A stretch of DNA of 64,000 nt from assembly GCA_963734545.1 (NCBI GenBank), contig CAVTHO010000004.1:608001-672000 (forward strand), given 5' to 3'. This document shows positions 9,845 to 19,666 of the stretch, one piece after another; positions within the stretch are counted from its first letter, which is position 1; the number at the start of each line of letters is the position of its first letter. Under the pieces are notes generated by a model, which made no database searches, was not told the origin of the DNA, and worked only from the letters and a program-made list of their open reading frames with translations. This stretch comes from an uncultured Spirochaetota bacterium. GTDB taxonomy: Bacteria > Spirochaetota > Spirochaetia > SZUA-6 > Fen-1364. The position numbers and the translations under genes were made by a program.

Positions 9845-11239
9845 ATGATTGGCATAGGGCAAGCCATCAGCGCCTCTCTCCGCGATTGGGGTGATTGGCC
9901 CGCTTTCCTTCAAGTAAGCAAGGCCCGCGGGATCTCTTCCACCTCTTCCGCCGCGTTCTCAGCGAGAATCATCGAGATTGCCCGACAACTCTCGGCCTGG
10001 GGGATTCGGGAAAAGTACCTGGTTCCCCTGTTCCTCGACAACTCAACCGACTTCATCACCATATTCCTGGCCCTGCTCCACATCGGCGCCATCCCTGTCC
10101 TGGTGAAGCGGGAGTACAGGGCCCTGGAGCTGGATGAGATCTTCAGCAATGCCCGTCCCCAGGCCGTGATCACCGAACAGGAGCACATGCGGCTCCTGAC
10201 GCCCTACCTCCGCGACACAATTGTCATTATGCGGTCGGAAAGCCGATTCTCCCTGACGCAATCCGCCGAGGGCCTGCAGTGCCGTGAGGACATCCCGGAT
10301 GACATTGCCTCCATCAACTACACGTATCGAGGATACGGCTACACCCTGGGCGCCATGGTCTCCCACGCTCAGTACCTGCACGGCGCACGGGTGCTGCAGG
10401 ACGGCCTCCAGGCATCAGCGGGAGAAAAGATGCTCATCATCCTGCCGATGGCCCATATCTTCACGATGGTGGGCTGCATTCTCGTCCCTCTGCTCTTCCG
10501 AATGACCAGCGTGATCGTGGACTCCCTGCACCCGCGGCTCCTCTTCCAGTACATCCGCGACTTCCGCATCGAGCACGTGACGTCCGTGCCGGAGATCTAT
10601 GAGCTGCTCTACCGGCTGCGCGACCCTGCCGCGGACCTGTCCTCTCTCAAGGTCTTTGTGTCGGGCGGAAGCCTCCTGACCCCGGACAGCTATTCGACCC
10701 TGACCCGGGCCTTTTCCGTCGACCTGCTTCACGGGTACGGACTGACGGAGTTCACGCCGGTCAGCCGCAACGTGCGCCACGCGGCCAGGCCGGGAACCGT
10801 CGGGCCGCTCTGCGACCAGGTAGAGTGCCGGATAGACCCGGCAGGTCCGGACGGGGCCGGAGAGATCCTGATCAGGACGCCGCACGAGATAGGCAGGTAC
10901 TACCACAGGCCGCGCGAGTCCGACGAAGCGCGGCGCGATGGCTGGTTTCGCACAGGGGATATGGGCCGCATGGACGACGGCCACTTGGTGTTCGTGAAAG
11001 AGCTGAAGAATACGAGAAAAATCAACGGCAACCTCGTGGACATGGAAGAGGTCAGCCGCGCGTTCCGGCTGGACAAGGACGTGGCGGAGGTGCAGGTGGG
11101 GTGGGAAAACAACTCCCTTTTTGCAAACCTTGCATTGAGCCGGCATATCGACTTTGAAGAAAAGACGAAACGGCTGAAGACCTCGCTGCGGGACGTTCTT
11201 GCGGAGTACAAGATACCCCGGCGCTTGAGCGTGTTGTAG
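9845..11239 (+). CDS. Class I adenylate-forming enzyme (acyl-CoA/acyl-ACP ligase-like) with degenerate P-loop
   Basis: Motifs LPMAHIF, VSGG, GYGLTE, GWFRTGDMG and YKIPR. The A3 loop reads YTYRGYGYTLG. Confidence 0.82.
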   Translation: MIGIGQAISASLRDWGDWPAFLQVSKARGISSTSSAAFSARIIEIARQLSAWGIREKYLVPLFLDNSTDFITIFLALLHIGAIPVLVKREYRALELDEIFSNARPQAVITEQEHMRLLTPYLRDTIVIMRSESRFSLTQSAEGLQCREDIPDDIASINYTYRGYGYTLGAMVSHAQYLHGARVLQDGLQASAGEKMLIILPMAHIFTMVGCILVPLLFRMTSVIVDSLHPRLLFQYIRDFRIEHVTSVPEIYELLYRLRDPAADLSSLKVFVSGGSLLTPDSYSTLTRAFSVDLLHGYGLTEFTPVSRNVRHAARPGTVGPLCDQVECRIDPAGPDGAGEILIRTPHEIGRYYHRPRESDEARRDGWFRTGDMGRMDDGHLVFVKELKNTRKINGNLVDMEEVSRAFRLDKDVAEVQVGWENNSLFANLALSRHIDFEEKTKRLKTSLRDVLAEYKIPRRLSVL

Positions 11240-11252
11240 GAGGCACGGAAAC

Positions 11253-11528
11253 ATGGGCAATGTACAGGAATACCAGAGCGCGACGCAATTCAAGAATGCA
11301 ATCAAGCAGATCGTGTCACGGATCTCCCGGATCGATGTGGCGGAGCTGGATGACGGGCTCTTGATACGCGAAGAGCTGGGAATCGACAGCCTGATGGCAA
11401 TGGAGATCATTGCCACCTGCGAAAAGCTGCTGGGTTTTAGGATTGATGAAACACTATTCGCCGACGTGAAGACAGTAGAAGATTTCTTCGAGCTTCTCAT
11501 GACCCTCGTAGGGAGGGTGAATGCGTAA
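11253..11528 (+). CDS. Acyl carrier protein
   Basis: ELGIDSL phosphopantetheine-Ser motif; acidic 91-aa protein; GGAGG RBS. Confidence 0.9.
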   Translation: MGNVQEYQSATQFKNAIKQIVSRISRIDVAELDDGLLIREELGIDSLMAMEIIATCEKLLGFRIDETLFADVKTVEDFFELLMTLVGRVNA

Positions 11529-11705
11529 ATCAGAGCTGCGCATGCTTCCCGCTTCCCCGGCCAGCTCGGTCTTGCTGACGGCCGCAGCGCACGTGCGTTG
11601 CAGCGGGAGTTTTGCCGTAAAAGGGACCGCCTGGCCTGTGACCAGAAGCGCTCCATTGCTATCCTGCGGAAGGCTGGAGCGACTGTCGCAGTCTGGCAAA
11701 CGAGC

Positions 11706-13037
11706 TCAGGCCAGTTGTTTGTATATTTCCTTGAAATAGGCCGACCTGTCCCTGAAAGCCCTCTCGTTGAATATCTGGCGATATGCCCAGATAAAGCCGT
11801 CTTCGAGCTGCTCCTTGGTCATTCCCTTTGGCCGGAAGGTGACGTCGAGGAACGTACAGCGCTCCCAGAACGGCTCGGGGTAGAGGAACCTGTCCTCTTC
11901 CTTCAATCGTTCATACATTCGTGACCCCGGCAGCGGGGTGGCCACCGTCAGCTGGCCGGTCAGCTGGTTTCGGTTCATGAAGTCGACAACGCGGCTGAAC
12001 ACCCCCTGGTTGTCGTGGTCGAGGCCAAAAATAAACGAGCTGAACACCACGATGCCGTGCTCCTGGATGCGGCGCACATGCGCCTCGTAATTCGGAAGCT
12101 GGCGCAGCTTCCAATCATTGCGGTTCATCCCTGATAGATTCTGGGGATCGAGACTTTCGAAACCGATGAGCAGGAAAAGACATCCGGAACGGTAGATCTG
12201 CTGGAGAAGCTCTTCGTCCGCGCCAATGGCGATATCCGTTTGGCCGATCCAACGGACCTTGAGCTCCTCAAGCGCCACCAGAAGCTCCTTGGCGAATCGT
12301 CGATCGGTGAACAGGTTGTCATCAGCGAAGAGGATGAGGCGGTTCGGGACACTGCGTCTTATCGCAGCAATTTCGTTGCGAACCTGAAGTATGGTCTTTT
12401 TGCGCGGCTTCTTTCCGTAGATCCCGGTTACCAGGCAGAACTCGCAATCGTGTGGGCAGCCCCTGCTCGCCTGGACCGGCACAAAGTTGTAGAAGTGTTC
12501 CGGGTCGAGCAGTGTCTTGCTTCCACTCAGAAGATCGTAGCGAGGCAATGGCGATGTGGTGAGATCTATGTAATGACCCGCAGTGTTGCGGTAGATTTGT
12601 TGCGGCTCCCCATTCTGAAAGTCCTGGAGGAAGCGGGGCCAGAGCTCCTCGGCCTCGCCGACGACGACCGTGTCAGCACGGGAAGCGGCCTCTTGTGGCA
12701 TCATGGTGGCGTGACTTCCCCCGATGACAACATAGACGCCCCGGGCCCGGAACTCAGCAGCGATTTGATAGGCACGGACGATAGTCTGAGTCATTGCAGT
12801 GATCCCGACCAGGTCGTAGTTCGCCGTGTAGTCTATCGGAGCAAAGTCTTCGTGGACGATCTCGACGTCGATGGCTGGCGGAGTCAAGCCGGCTATGGTG
12901 AGCAGACTCAAAGACGGCGAGTACCAAGCCTTCAAGAACTTGTGGCACTCACGCAGTGCAAGCGTTATCTTCTCGGTCTTTGCCCAGACATCACGTCTTG
13001 GATTTATCAGGCATATTCGACTCAATGTGCGGCGCAC
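11706..13037 (-). CDS. B12-binding domain radical SAM protein
   Basis: N-terminal cobalamin-binding domain (DLVGIT, GGSHAT, VVVGEAE); ASRGCPHDCEFC CxxxCxxC; DDN; IGFES. Confidence 0.9.
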   Translation of the reverse strand: MRRTLSRICLINPRRDVWAKTEKITLALRECHKFLKAWYSPSLSLLTIAGLTPPAIDVEIVHEDFAPIDYTANYDLVGITAMTQTIVRAYQIAAEFRARGVYVVIGGSHATMMPQEAASRADTVVVGEAEELWPRFLQDFQNGEPQQIYRNTAGHYIDLTTSPLPRYDLLSGSKTLLDPEHFYNFVPVQASRGCPHDCEFCLVTGIYGKKPRKKTILQVRNEIAAIRRSVPNRLILFADDNLFTDRRFAKELLVALEELKVRWIGQTDIAIGADEELLQQIYRSGCLFLLIGFESLDPQNLSGMNRNDWKLRQLPNYEAHVRRIQEHGIVVFSSFIFGLDHDNQGVFSRVVDFMNRNQLTGQLTVATPLPGSRMYERLKEEDRFLYPEPFWERCTFLDVTFRPKGMTKEQLEDGFIWAYRQIFNERAFRDRSAYFKEIYKQLA

Positions 13038-13211
13038 GGGCGCGAGTATATGACGCAGCGATCTCCCGGCGCAAGGGCAATCTCGAGACGCAGCGCGGGA
13101 GGATCCTGACCAGGGGCTTCTGCAAGCGTGCGAAAGGGTATATGATGCTGGAAATGCCCGGCGCGCTCAGTATTTCTGGAAGGTGTGAGAAAATACCATA
13201 GAAAGGCGAGA

Positions 13212-15726
13212 ATGAGCTCAGAGAATCCGGCTCTCTCAAGCGACCTATCCTCTCTCCACGCCGGATTCGAGGCGGAAACCAGGGAAAAAGCGATTCGAGA
13301 CCTTCGTCTCGTCGTAGTGATCGCGGGTGTTTTCTACATGCTCTTCCTCATTCTCGACTATTTCGCGTATCCCGGCCTATTTCTCACTTTTCTGCTGATA
13401 CGGTGCATAGTCGTTTTCGGCAGTGGGCTGATTTTTCTTCTGATGTGGACACCAATGGGCACAGCGCACCCCCGCCTTTTCGCGATGCTTGAATACCTGT
13501 TGTGCGGCTCGGGCATCATGGTGATGGTTCATCTTTCAGGCGGTTACACCAGCTCGTACTATGCCGGCGTCATCCTGGTCCTGCTGTTTTTCATTTCCAT
13601 CCTACCCCTGGACGACAAGAGAACCCTGTTCATATGCGTGATTCTCTACGCAATGTATCTCGTGCCGATCCTCGCGCTGCAGAGGATCGTCCGATTCGAT
13701 ATATTCCTGAACAACAACTTCTTTCTCTTCACCACGATCGCTCTTGTAGTCCTCAGCTCGCAACTTGCCACCCAGATGCGGTTTCGGGAGTTCAGCGGCA
13801 GATTCAATCTTGCCCGCGCAAATGAGGAGCTGAAGAAGCTCGACGTCCTGAAGTCCCAGTTCTTCGCGAACGTGAGCCACGAGGTCCGCACTCCCCTCAC
13901 CTCCATCCTGTCGCCCATCCAGAGCCTGTACCAGGGAGACCTTGGGCCCCTGGTTCCCGAGCATCAAATGCTCATCGGACAGGTCTACCGCAACGCGCTG
14001 AAGCTGCTCGATATGATCAACCAGATGCTCGATTTCTCGAAATTCGAAGCACGCAAGATGCAGCTCCGTCTCAAGCACGTCGACATAGACGAGCTGGCAC
14101 GGGACATCGTGACGACCTTCCAGGACGTCACGGAGCGGAAGGGATTGAAGCTGCGCTACGTGGTTGAGGGGGAATTGCCGCCCGCATACCTGGACGCGGA
14201 AAAGCTCGAGCGAATCCTTACCAATCTGATTCGAAACGCCATCAAGTTCACAGAGAGCGGGTCCATTACCGTCCGGGTCGGCGCCACGCCGGTGAACCGG
14301 TGGCTCGAAGTCAGGGACACCGGCATCGGCATTCCGATGCAGCATCTTGCGAATATCTTCAACAGGTTCCAGCAGGTGGACTCCTCCTCCACGCGAAAAT
14401 ACGAAGGAACGGGGCTCGGTCTCACGATCGTCAAGGAGTCGGTGGAGCTGATGCAGGGGAGCGATCAATGTCCAGAGCGAGGAAAGGCGGGGCACGACGT
14501 TTCGGATCGAGCTGCCGGCAAACCTGGATCAGCTTGCCCCGGACGCGTTCGTCGACAGGAGGAAGGACGCGCAGCGCCGGCAGCCCGCTGATGAGTTCGA
14601 CGGCGACGAAAAAAGAAGGAAAGCGCGGCGTGAATCGGACCTGGCGCGGATCACCGTGGATGATCTTGCCCTTATCGAGAAAGAGACCATCGACCGCGAA
14701 GCAAAGGACGGCCGCGTCCCTGCGCACGATGGGAACGGCAACGCCGACCACATCCTGCTCGTGGAGGACAACGTCGACCTCAGGGCCTACATCAGCAAGA
14801 TGCTCTCCCGGTTCGGGCATGAAGTGGCCACGGCCATCGACGGACTGGACGGCTGGGAGCATGCACAGACGGACCTCCCCGATCTCGTGGTGTCGGACAT
14901 CATGATGCCGCGCATGGACGGCTACGAGCTGGTGGGCCGGATCAAGTCCACTGACACGACCCGGCATATCCCGGTGATCCTGATCACGGCGAAGCCGGAG
15001 ATCGAATCCAAGCTGGAAGGGCTGCAGAAGGGCGCGGACGACTATCTGCCCAAGCCCATCAACATCCGCGAGCTGGACGCCCGCATCCGGAACCTTCTCG
15101 TGACCCGGAACCTCCAGCAGGCGCTGGCGCGTGAAGCCGAGCTGGGCGCGCGGATGGAAGAGCTCAGCATGAGCTTCTCCCAATCACTGGAGATCCGGGA
15201 CTTCAACACTGCCGGCCATTCGCGTGACGTCCTGTACCTGGGCACGATCATCGCGGAAGGAATCGGCATCCCGGTGGACCGCATGCTGAAGGATTCACTT
15301 CTCCTGCACGATATCGGCAAGCTGGGCATACCCGACCGGATTCTCCTCAAGGAGTCGCCGCTGAACGAGGAGGAGTGGAAGATCATGAGAACCCACCCCG
15401 AGCTGGGGGCGAGCCTGCTCGGGCACTTCGAGTCCTATCGGGAGATAAGCAGCATCATCCTCGCGCACCAGGAGCACCTGAACGGCACCGGCTATCCACG
15501 GGGATTGAAGGGCGACGAGATCCCCCTGTTCGCCCGGATCATCGCCATCGCGGATGCCTACCACGCAATGACCAGCAACCGCCCGTACCGCAAGGCGCTC
15601 CCGGCGAGCAGGGCAGTGCTCGAGCTCACGCGGAACCGCGGCACGCAGTTCGATGCCGCGCTCGTCGATGCCTTCATAAAGGGTCTCCTGCAGCGCAGGA
15701 TCATTACGATGGAAGACATCATGTGA
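13212..15726 (+). CDS. Membrane sensor histidine kinase fused to REC and HD-GYP phosphodiesterase domains; frameshift at ~14459
   Basis: About six TM helices, H-box SHEVRTPL, N/G boxes (NAIKFT, DTGIG, GTGLGL). Removing one G from GGGG at 14456-14459 gives MQGAINVQSEERRGTTFRIELP in frame with ORF 14656-15726, which carries REC VSDIMMP, HDIGK and HLNGTGYP. Confidence 0.85.
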
Positions 15727-15765
15727 GCGGGTAGCAATGGCGGAAGCGCCGCCGCGAGAGCGGGC

Positions 15766-16797
15766 TCAGGGCAGCCGGTTGAACCACAGCAGAGAGAGCG
15801 TACCGGCGAGCAGGAGCAGCGCTATTGCGATTGCCGTAAACAGCGCGGTGACCTCGGTCTGGTCCTTCCCCACGATGAGGCGGGTGCTCAGGGATTTGTA
15901 GATTTTTATCAGGTCCCCGGCGTCGTTCGCCTTGAAATACTGCCCGCCCGTGTTCTGCGCAATTCTCTTCAGGCTCGCCTCGTCGAGTCCCACACGGAAC
16001 GAGCGGCCTTCGAAGCCGATGACGTCTCCCCGCGCGCTTCCCAGCCCCACGGTGAATATGCGGATTCCCCGGTTGGCCGCTTTCTCCGCCGCGTCCAGCG
16101 GATCGGGTCCCTGGTTGTTCTGTCCGTCGCTGAGCAGGACGATGACCGCGGAATTGTTCGAACCGGGCGCAACCGGATCCGGTTCAGGCGGTGACGGCGG
16201 TGCCGGCAGCAGCGGATCACTCGGAGCCGACAGGGAGGCAGGGGTCTGACCTGGCTGCTCATCCTCCAGAATGGCGTCCAAGGCGACGAGGATCCCGCTT
16301 CCGATGGCCGTTCCCCGCTGGAGCATGAGACGCTCGATCGCGCCGCGTATGTCCTCCCGGGCGGTGGTCGGTGCCTGTACCAGTGCCGCTGTCCCGCTGA
16401 AAGCGGCGACCCCGATCCGCACCCGGGGCGGCTGCTTGTTTACGAATTCGAGCGCCGCCTGTTTTGCCGCCTCCATCCGGGTCGGCTTGATGTCCTGCGC
16501 GCGCATGCTTCCCGAGATGTCCATGGCAAGGATCACCGTGCCCCTGTTCGAGGGCAGGGAGATGGTGGCAAGCGGGCGCGCCAACGCGAAGATCATGACT
16601 GTCAGCGAGACCAGGAAAAGCAGGGCCGGGATGTGCCGGCGAAAGCCGGGGCCCCGGCCAAGGGCATCCTTCACGAGCATCAGGCTCGCATAGCGGATTG
16701 CGAACTTCTGCCGGCGTCTCTGCGCCCAGAGGTAGAAAAGAACGAGCACCGGCACGAGCAGCAGGAACCAGAGCATCGAGGTCCATTGAAATGTCAT
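15766..16797 (-). CDS. VWA domain membrane protein (BatA-like)
   Basis: MIDAS motif DISGSM, LLSDG, N- and C-terminal TM helices. Confidence 0.88.
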   Translation of the reverse strand: MTFQWTSMLWFLLLVPVLVLFYLWAQRRRQKFAIRYASLMLVKDALGRGPGFRRHIPALLFLVSLTVMIFALARPLATISLPSNRGTVILAMDISGSMRAQDIKPTRMEAAKQAALEFVNKQPPRVRIGVAAFSGTAALVQAPTTAREDIRGAIERLMLQRGTAIGSGILVALDAILEDEQPGQTPASLSAPSDPLLPAPPSPPEPDPVAPGSNNSAVIVLLSDGQNNQGPDPLDAAEKAANRGIRIFTVGLGSARGDVIGFEGRSFRVGLDEASLKRIAQNTGGQYFKANDAGDLIKIYKSLSTRLIVGKDQTEVTALFTAIAIALLLLAGTLSLLWFNRLP

Positions 16798-17726
16798 GAC
16801 ACTTCCCGCAGGCCGTGCGCGGCACGGGAGGCCGGTGCCGCGCGGCGCTGTTTGCGCTCAATGGCGAACCGGACGATTTCCCTCGCCATGTCGCCCTCCG
16901 TGGACAATGAGAGGAGCTCGACGCCCCGACGGGCGAGCAGGCTGTCGAGCTCCTCACGCCTCTTGCGGGCGGCCGCGGCGAACCGCCTCCTGAAACCGTG
17001 GTCGTGCGTGTCGAGGAAGAGCTGCTCGCCCGTTTCCGCGTCCTCGAACACGATGGCGCCCACGTCCGGGAGCTCCGACTCCCGCGGGTCGGAGAGCCGC
17101 ACCCCGAGGATCTCGTGTCTGCGGGTGAGCATGTCCAGCGGCTTGTCCCAGCCCGTCACGCTGAGAAAGTCGGACACGACGAACAGCAGGGAACGCCGGC
17201 CGATGATGCGGAGGGCCGATTCGAGGAGCAGGGAGAGGTCGGTCTGGGGCGCGCGCTGAAGCCGGGGCTGACCCTGAAGCTCCTGGATGAGGCGCAGGAC
17301 ATGGGTCCGCCCGCCCCGCGCGGGAATGGTGCGCGCGGGCGCGCCGCTGAAGATCAGCGCCCCTACCCGGTTTCCGTGCCGCGTGAGCAGCCGCGCAAGG
17401 ACGCCGACGAAGTCGACGAGCAGCTTCCTCTTGTCCGTGGCAACCGTGCCGAAGTCCACCGAGGGGCTCATGTCGAGGAGGAACCACGCGGTGACCTCCC
17501 TGTCCTCCATGTACTGCCGCACGTAGGGGGTCTGCAGCCGCGCTGTCACGTACCAGTCGATCGTCCGCACGTCGTCGGTGAGCTGGTATTCGCGCAGGTC
17601 CGCCAGCTCGAGCCCGAAGCCGCGGAACAAGGTCCGATAGTTGCCCTGCAGGATCCCGTCGAGCCGGCGGATCACCGTCCAGTCCAGCCGCTGGAGAATC
17701 CTCTCGGGGTCAGAGGGCTGCGGCAT
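16794..17726 (-). CDS. DUF58 domain protein
   Basis: G..LADLREYQ..DDVRTIDW.VTAR motif; lies within the MoxR operon. Confidence 0.9.
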   Translation of the reverse strand: MPQPSDPERILQRLDWTVIRRLDGILQGNYRTLFRGFGLELADLREYQLTDDVRTIDWYVTARLQTPYVRQYMEDREVTAWFLLDMSPSVDFGTVATDKRKLLVDFVGVLARLLTRHGNRVGALIFSGAPARTIPARGGRTHVLRLIQELQGQPRLQRAPQTDLSLLLESALRIIGRRSLLFVVSDFLSVTGWDKPLDMLTRRHEILGVRLSDPRESELPDVGAIVFEDAETGEQLFLDTHDHGFRRRFAAAARKRREELDSLLARRGVELLSLSTEGDMAREIVRFAIERKQRRAAPASRAAHGLREVS

Positions 17727-18729
17727 GACTCTGCAGCGCCTGGGCGGGTGCGGGAACCGCCTGCATCACCTTCTGGATGATCGCATCGGTGCTCACCCCG
17801 TCGGAGAGGGCCTCGTAGGACGGGATGATGCGATGACGCATCACGTCGTGCACCATGTCGACGATGTCCTGGGGAATGACGTACGATCTCCCGCGCACGA
17901 AGGCCAGCGCGCGTCCGGCAATGACGAGATTGATCGAGGCGCGGGGGCTCGCGCCGTATACGATGTACTTCGCCACTTCCGGCACTCCATGCCTGTCCGG
18001 GCTGCGCGTGGCGGCGGCAAGCCGCACGGCGTACTGCACGAGCAGGGGGTCCACGAACACGCCCTCGCAGGCCTGGCGGAGCTGCAGGATCTGCTCGGTG
18101 GTCACGACCGCGGCCGGCTGGGCCAGCGCGGTCGTCATCCTCTGCACGATGACGAACTCCTCCGGCTCGCTGGGGTAGTCCACGAGGACTTTCATCATGA
18201 AGCGATCGACCTGCGCCTCGGGAAGCGGATAGGTCCCGTCCGTCTCGATGGGGTTCTGCGTTGCCATGACGAGGAAGGGTTCCGCGACCTTGAACGTCTC
18301 CCCGCCGATGGTCACCTGGCGCTCCTGCATGACCTCCAGGAGCGCGCTCTGCACCTTGGCAGGGGCGCGATTGATCTCGTCAGCGAGGAGCAGGTTGGCG
18401 AAAACGGGACCGAGGGACGTGCTGAACTCACCGGTCCGCTGATTGTAGATGCGTGTGCCCACCAGGTCCGCGGGAACGAGATCCGGTGTGAACTGGATCC
18501 TCTTGAATACCCCGTTCATCGCCGACGCGAGGGTCTTGACCGTCAGGGTCTTTGCCAGTCCCGGCACGCCCTCCACGAGCAGGTGGCCTTGAGAAAGGAG
18601 CGCGACGAGCACGCGCTCCAGAAGGTGGTCCTGCCCGACGATCACCTTCTTCACCTCGTAGAGTATCTTCTCCATGAGCTGTGCCTGCTCGAGGTAAGCT
18701 CCTTCCGCCCCAATGTGCATGCTTTCCAT
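17710..18729 (-). CDS. moxR: MoxR family AAA+ ATPase
   Basis: Motifs GVPGLAKT, RIQFTPDL, DEINRAPAKVQSALLE, ATQNP. Confidence 0.93.
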   Translation of the reverse strand: MESMHIGAEGAYLEQAQLMEKILYEVKKVIVGQDHLLERVLVALLSQGHLLVEGVPGLAKTLTVKTLASAMNGVFKRIQFTPDLVPADLVGTRIYNQRTGEFSTSLGPVFANLLLADEINRAPAKVQSALLEVMQERQVTIGGETFKVAEPFLVMATQNPIETDGTYPLPEAQVDRFMMKVLVDYPSEPEEFVIVQRMTTALAQPAAVVTTEQILQLRQACEGVFVDPLLVQYAVRLAAATRSPDRHGVPEVAKYIVYGASPRASINLVIAGRALAFVRGRSYVIPQDIVDMVHDVMRHRIIPSYEALSDGVSTDAIIQKVMQAVPAPAQALQSHAAAL

Positions 18730-18761
18730 AATGGTTCTCCCTTTCGCGGTACTCCGTGAAG

Positions 18762-19613
18762 CTAAACGGGGGGTGAGCCGACCACGCCGCCCGCCGTGTC
18801 GATGGGGACGGCGAAGCCGATCCCGATGAATACGTCCTGGTTTGTCGGATTCAAGAGCGATGTGACGATGCCCACCACTTCCCCGTTCCTGTTGACCAGA
18901 GGCCCCCCGGAGTTGCCGGGGTTCACCGCGGCATCGAACTGGATGAGGTTTTTCAGCGTGGCCCCTGTCTCACGGGAGGTGTACTGCCTGCCCAGGCCGG
19001 AGACGACACCGTCGGAGGTCGAAAAGAAGACCCCGAACGGGTTGCCCACCGCGATCACCTCGTCCCCGACGTGCAGGGAGGCCGAGCTCACGAGGGTCGC
19101 GGGCTTCAGGTCATCCGGCACCTTCATGGCGCTCAGCACCGCAAGGTCGTTCTCCGGCTGCCGCACCATCACCTGCGCATCCGACTCCGTGCCGTCCGCG
19201 AACACGACCTTCACCGAGGCGGCGTCCTTCACGACGTGAAGGCAGGTCAGGATGATGCCCGTGTCCACGACCACGACGCCGGCGCCCAGCGACGCGCGGG
19301 GCTTCCCGTCTCCGGGCACGACGGCCTCCACCGCCACGACGGACGGCAGAATGACGTCATAGGCGACCGAGGCATTCGAGGGTTTGGGCGGCGCGTTCTC
19401 GAGAGAGCGGTCCACCGCCGCGTCGATGTCTCTCTGGGTGAGTCGTTGCGGGACCGGCCGGAGCGCGTTGTAGACGAGGAGGGCAACGAGCGTGATGATG
19501 ATCTGGGCGGCTATGAGGAAAAGCGTCCGATGGCCCTGGTACGCGCCCCTGAGCCATTGACGGACAAGCTGCCAGTCTGAAGGCGGGCTCGCCTTAGGAT
19601 CTTCTATATACAC
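18762..19613 (-). CDS. Membrane-anchored trypsin-like (S1C/HtrA-type) serine protease without PDZ domain
   Basis: Catalytic triad motifs TCLHVV, DLAVL and NPGNSGGPL; one TM helix. Confidence 0.88.
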   Translation of the reverse strand: MYIEDPKASPPSDWQLVRQWLRGAYQGHRTLFLIAAQIIITLVALLVYNALRPVPQRLTQRDIDAAVDRSLENAPPKPSNASVAYDVILPSVVAVEAVVPGDGKPRASLGAGVVVVDTGIILTCLHVVKDAASVKVVFADGTESDAQVMVRQPENDLAVLSAMKVPDDLKPATLVSSASLHVGDEVIAVGNPFGVFFSTSDGVVSGLGRQYTSRETGATLKNLIQFDAAVNPGNSGGPLVNRNGEVVGIVTSLLNPTNQDVFIGIGFAVPIDTAGGVVGSPPV

Positions 19614-19666
19614 AGATGAAGATACTGCGATGCGGCGGCCGGGGGAAATAATATCCGGTTATCTTC

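Noticed and set aside
7690-11528. Bioluminescence (lux) operon suggested by the LuxD-like domain and ligase
   Set aside because: No luxA, luxB or luxC-like genes are present, and the ligase is a full-length ANL-family protein rather than a recognisable LuxE.
11521-11924. Short ORFs after the ACP as a possible RiPP precursor for the radical SAM enzyme
   Set aside because: They overlap the radical SAM gene on the opposite strand, have no leader/core pattern, and the radical SAM lacks a recognisable SPASM or RRE domain.
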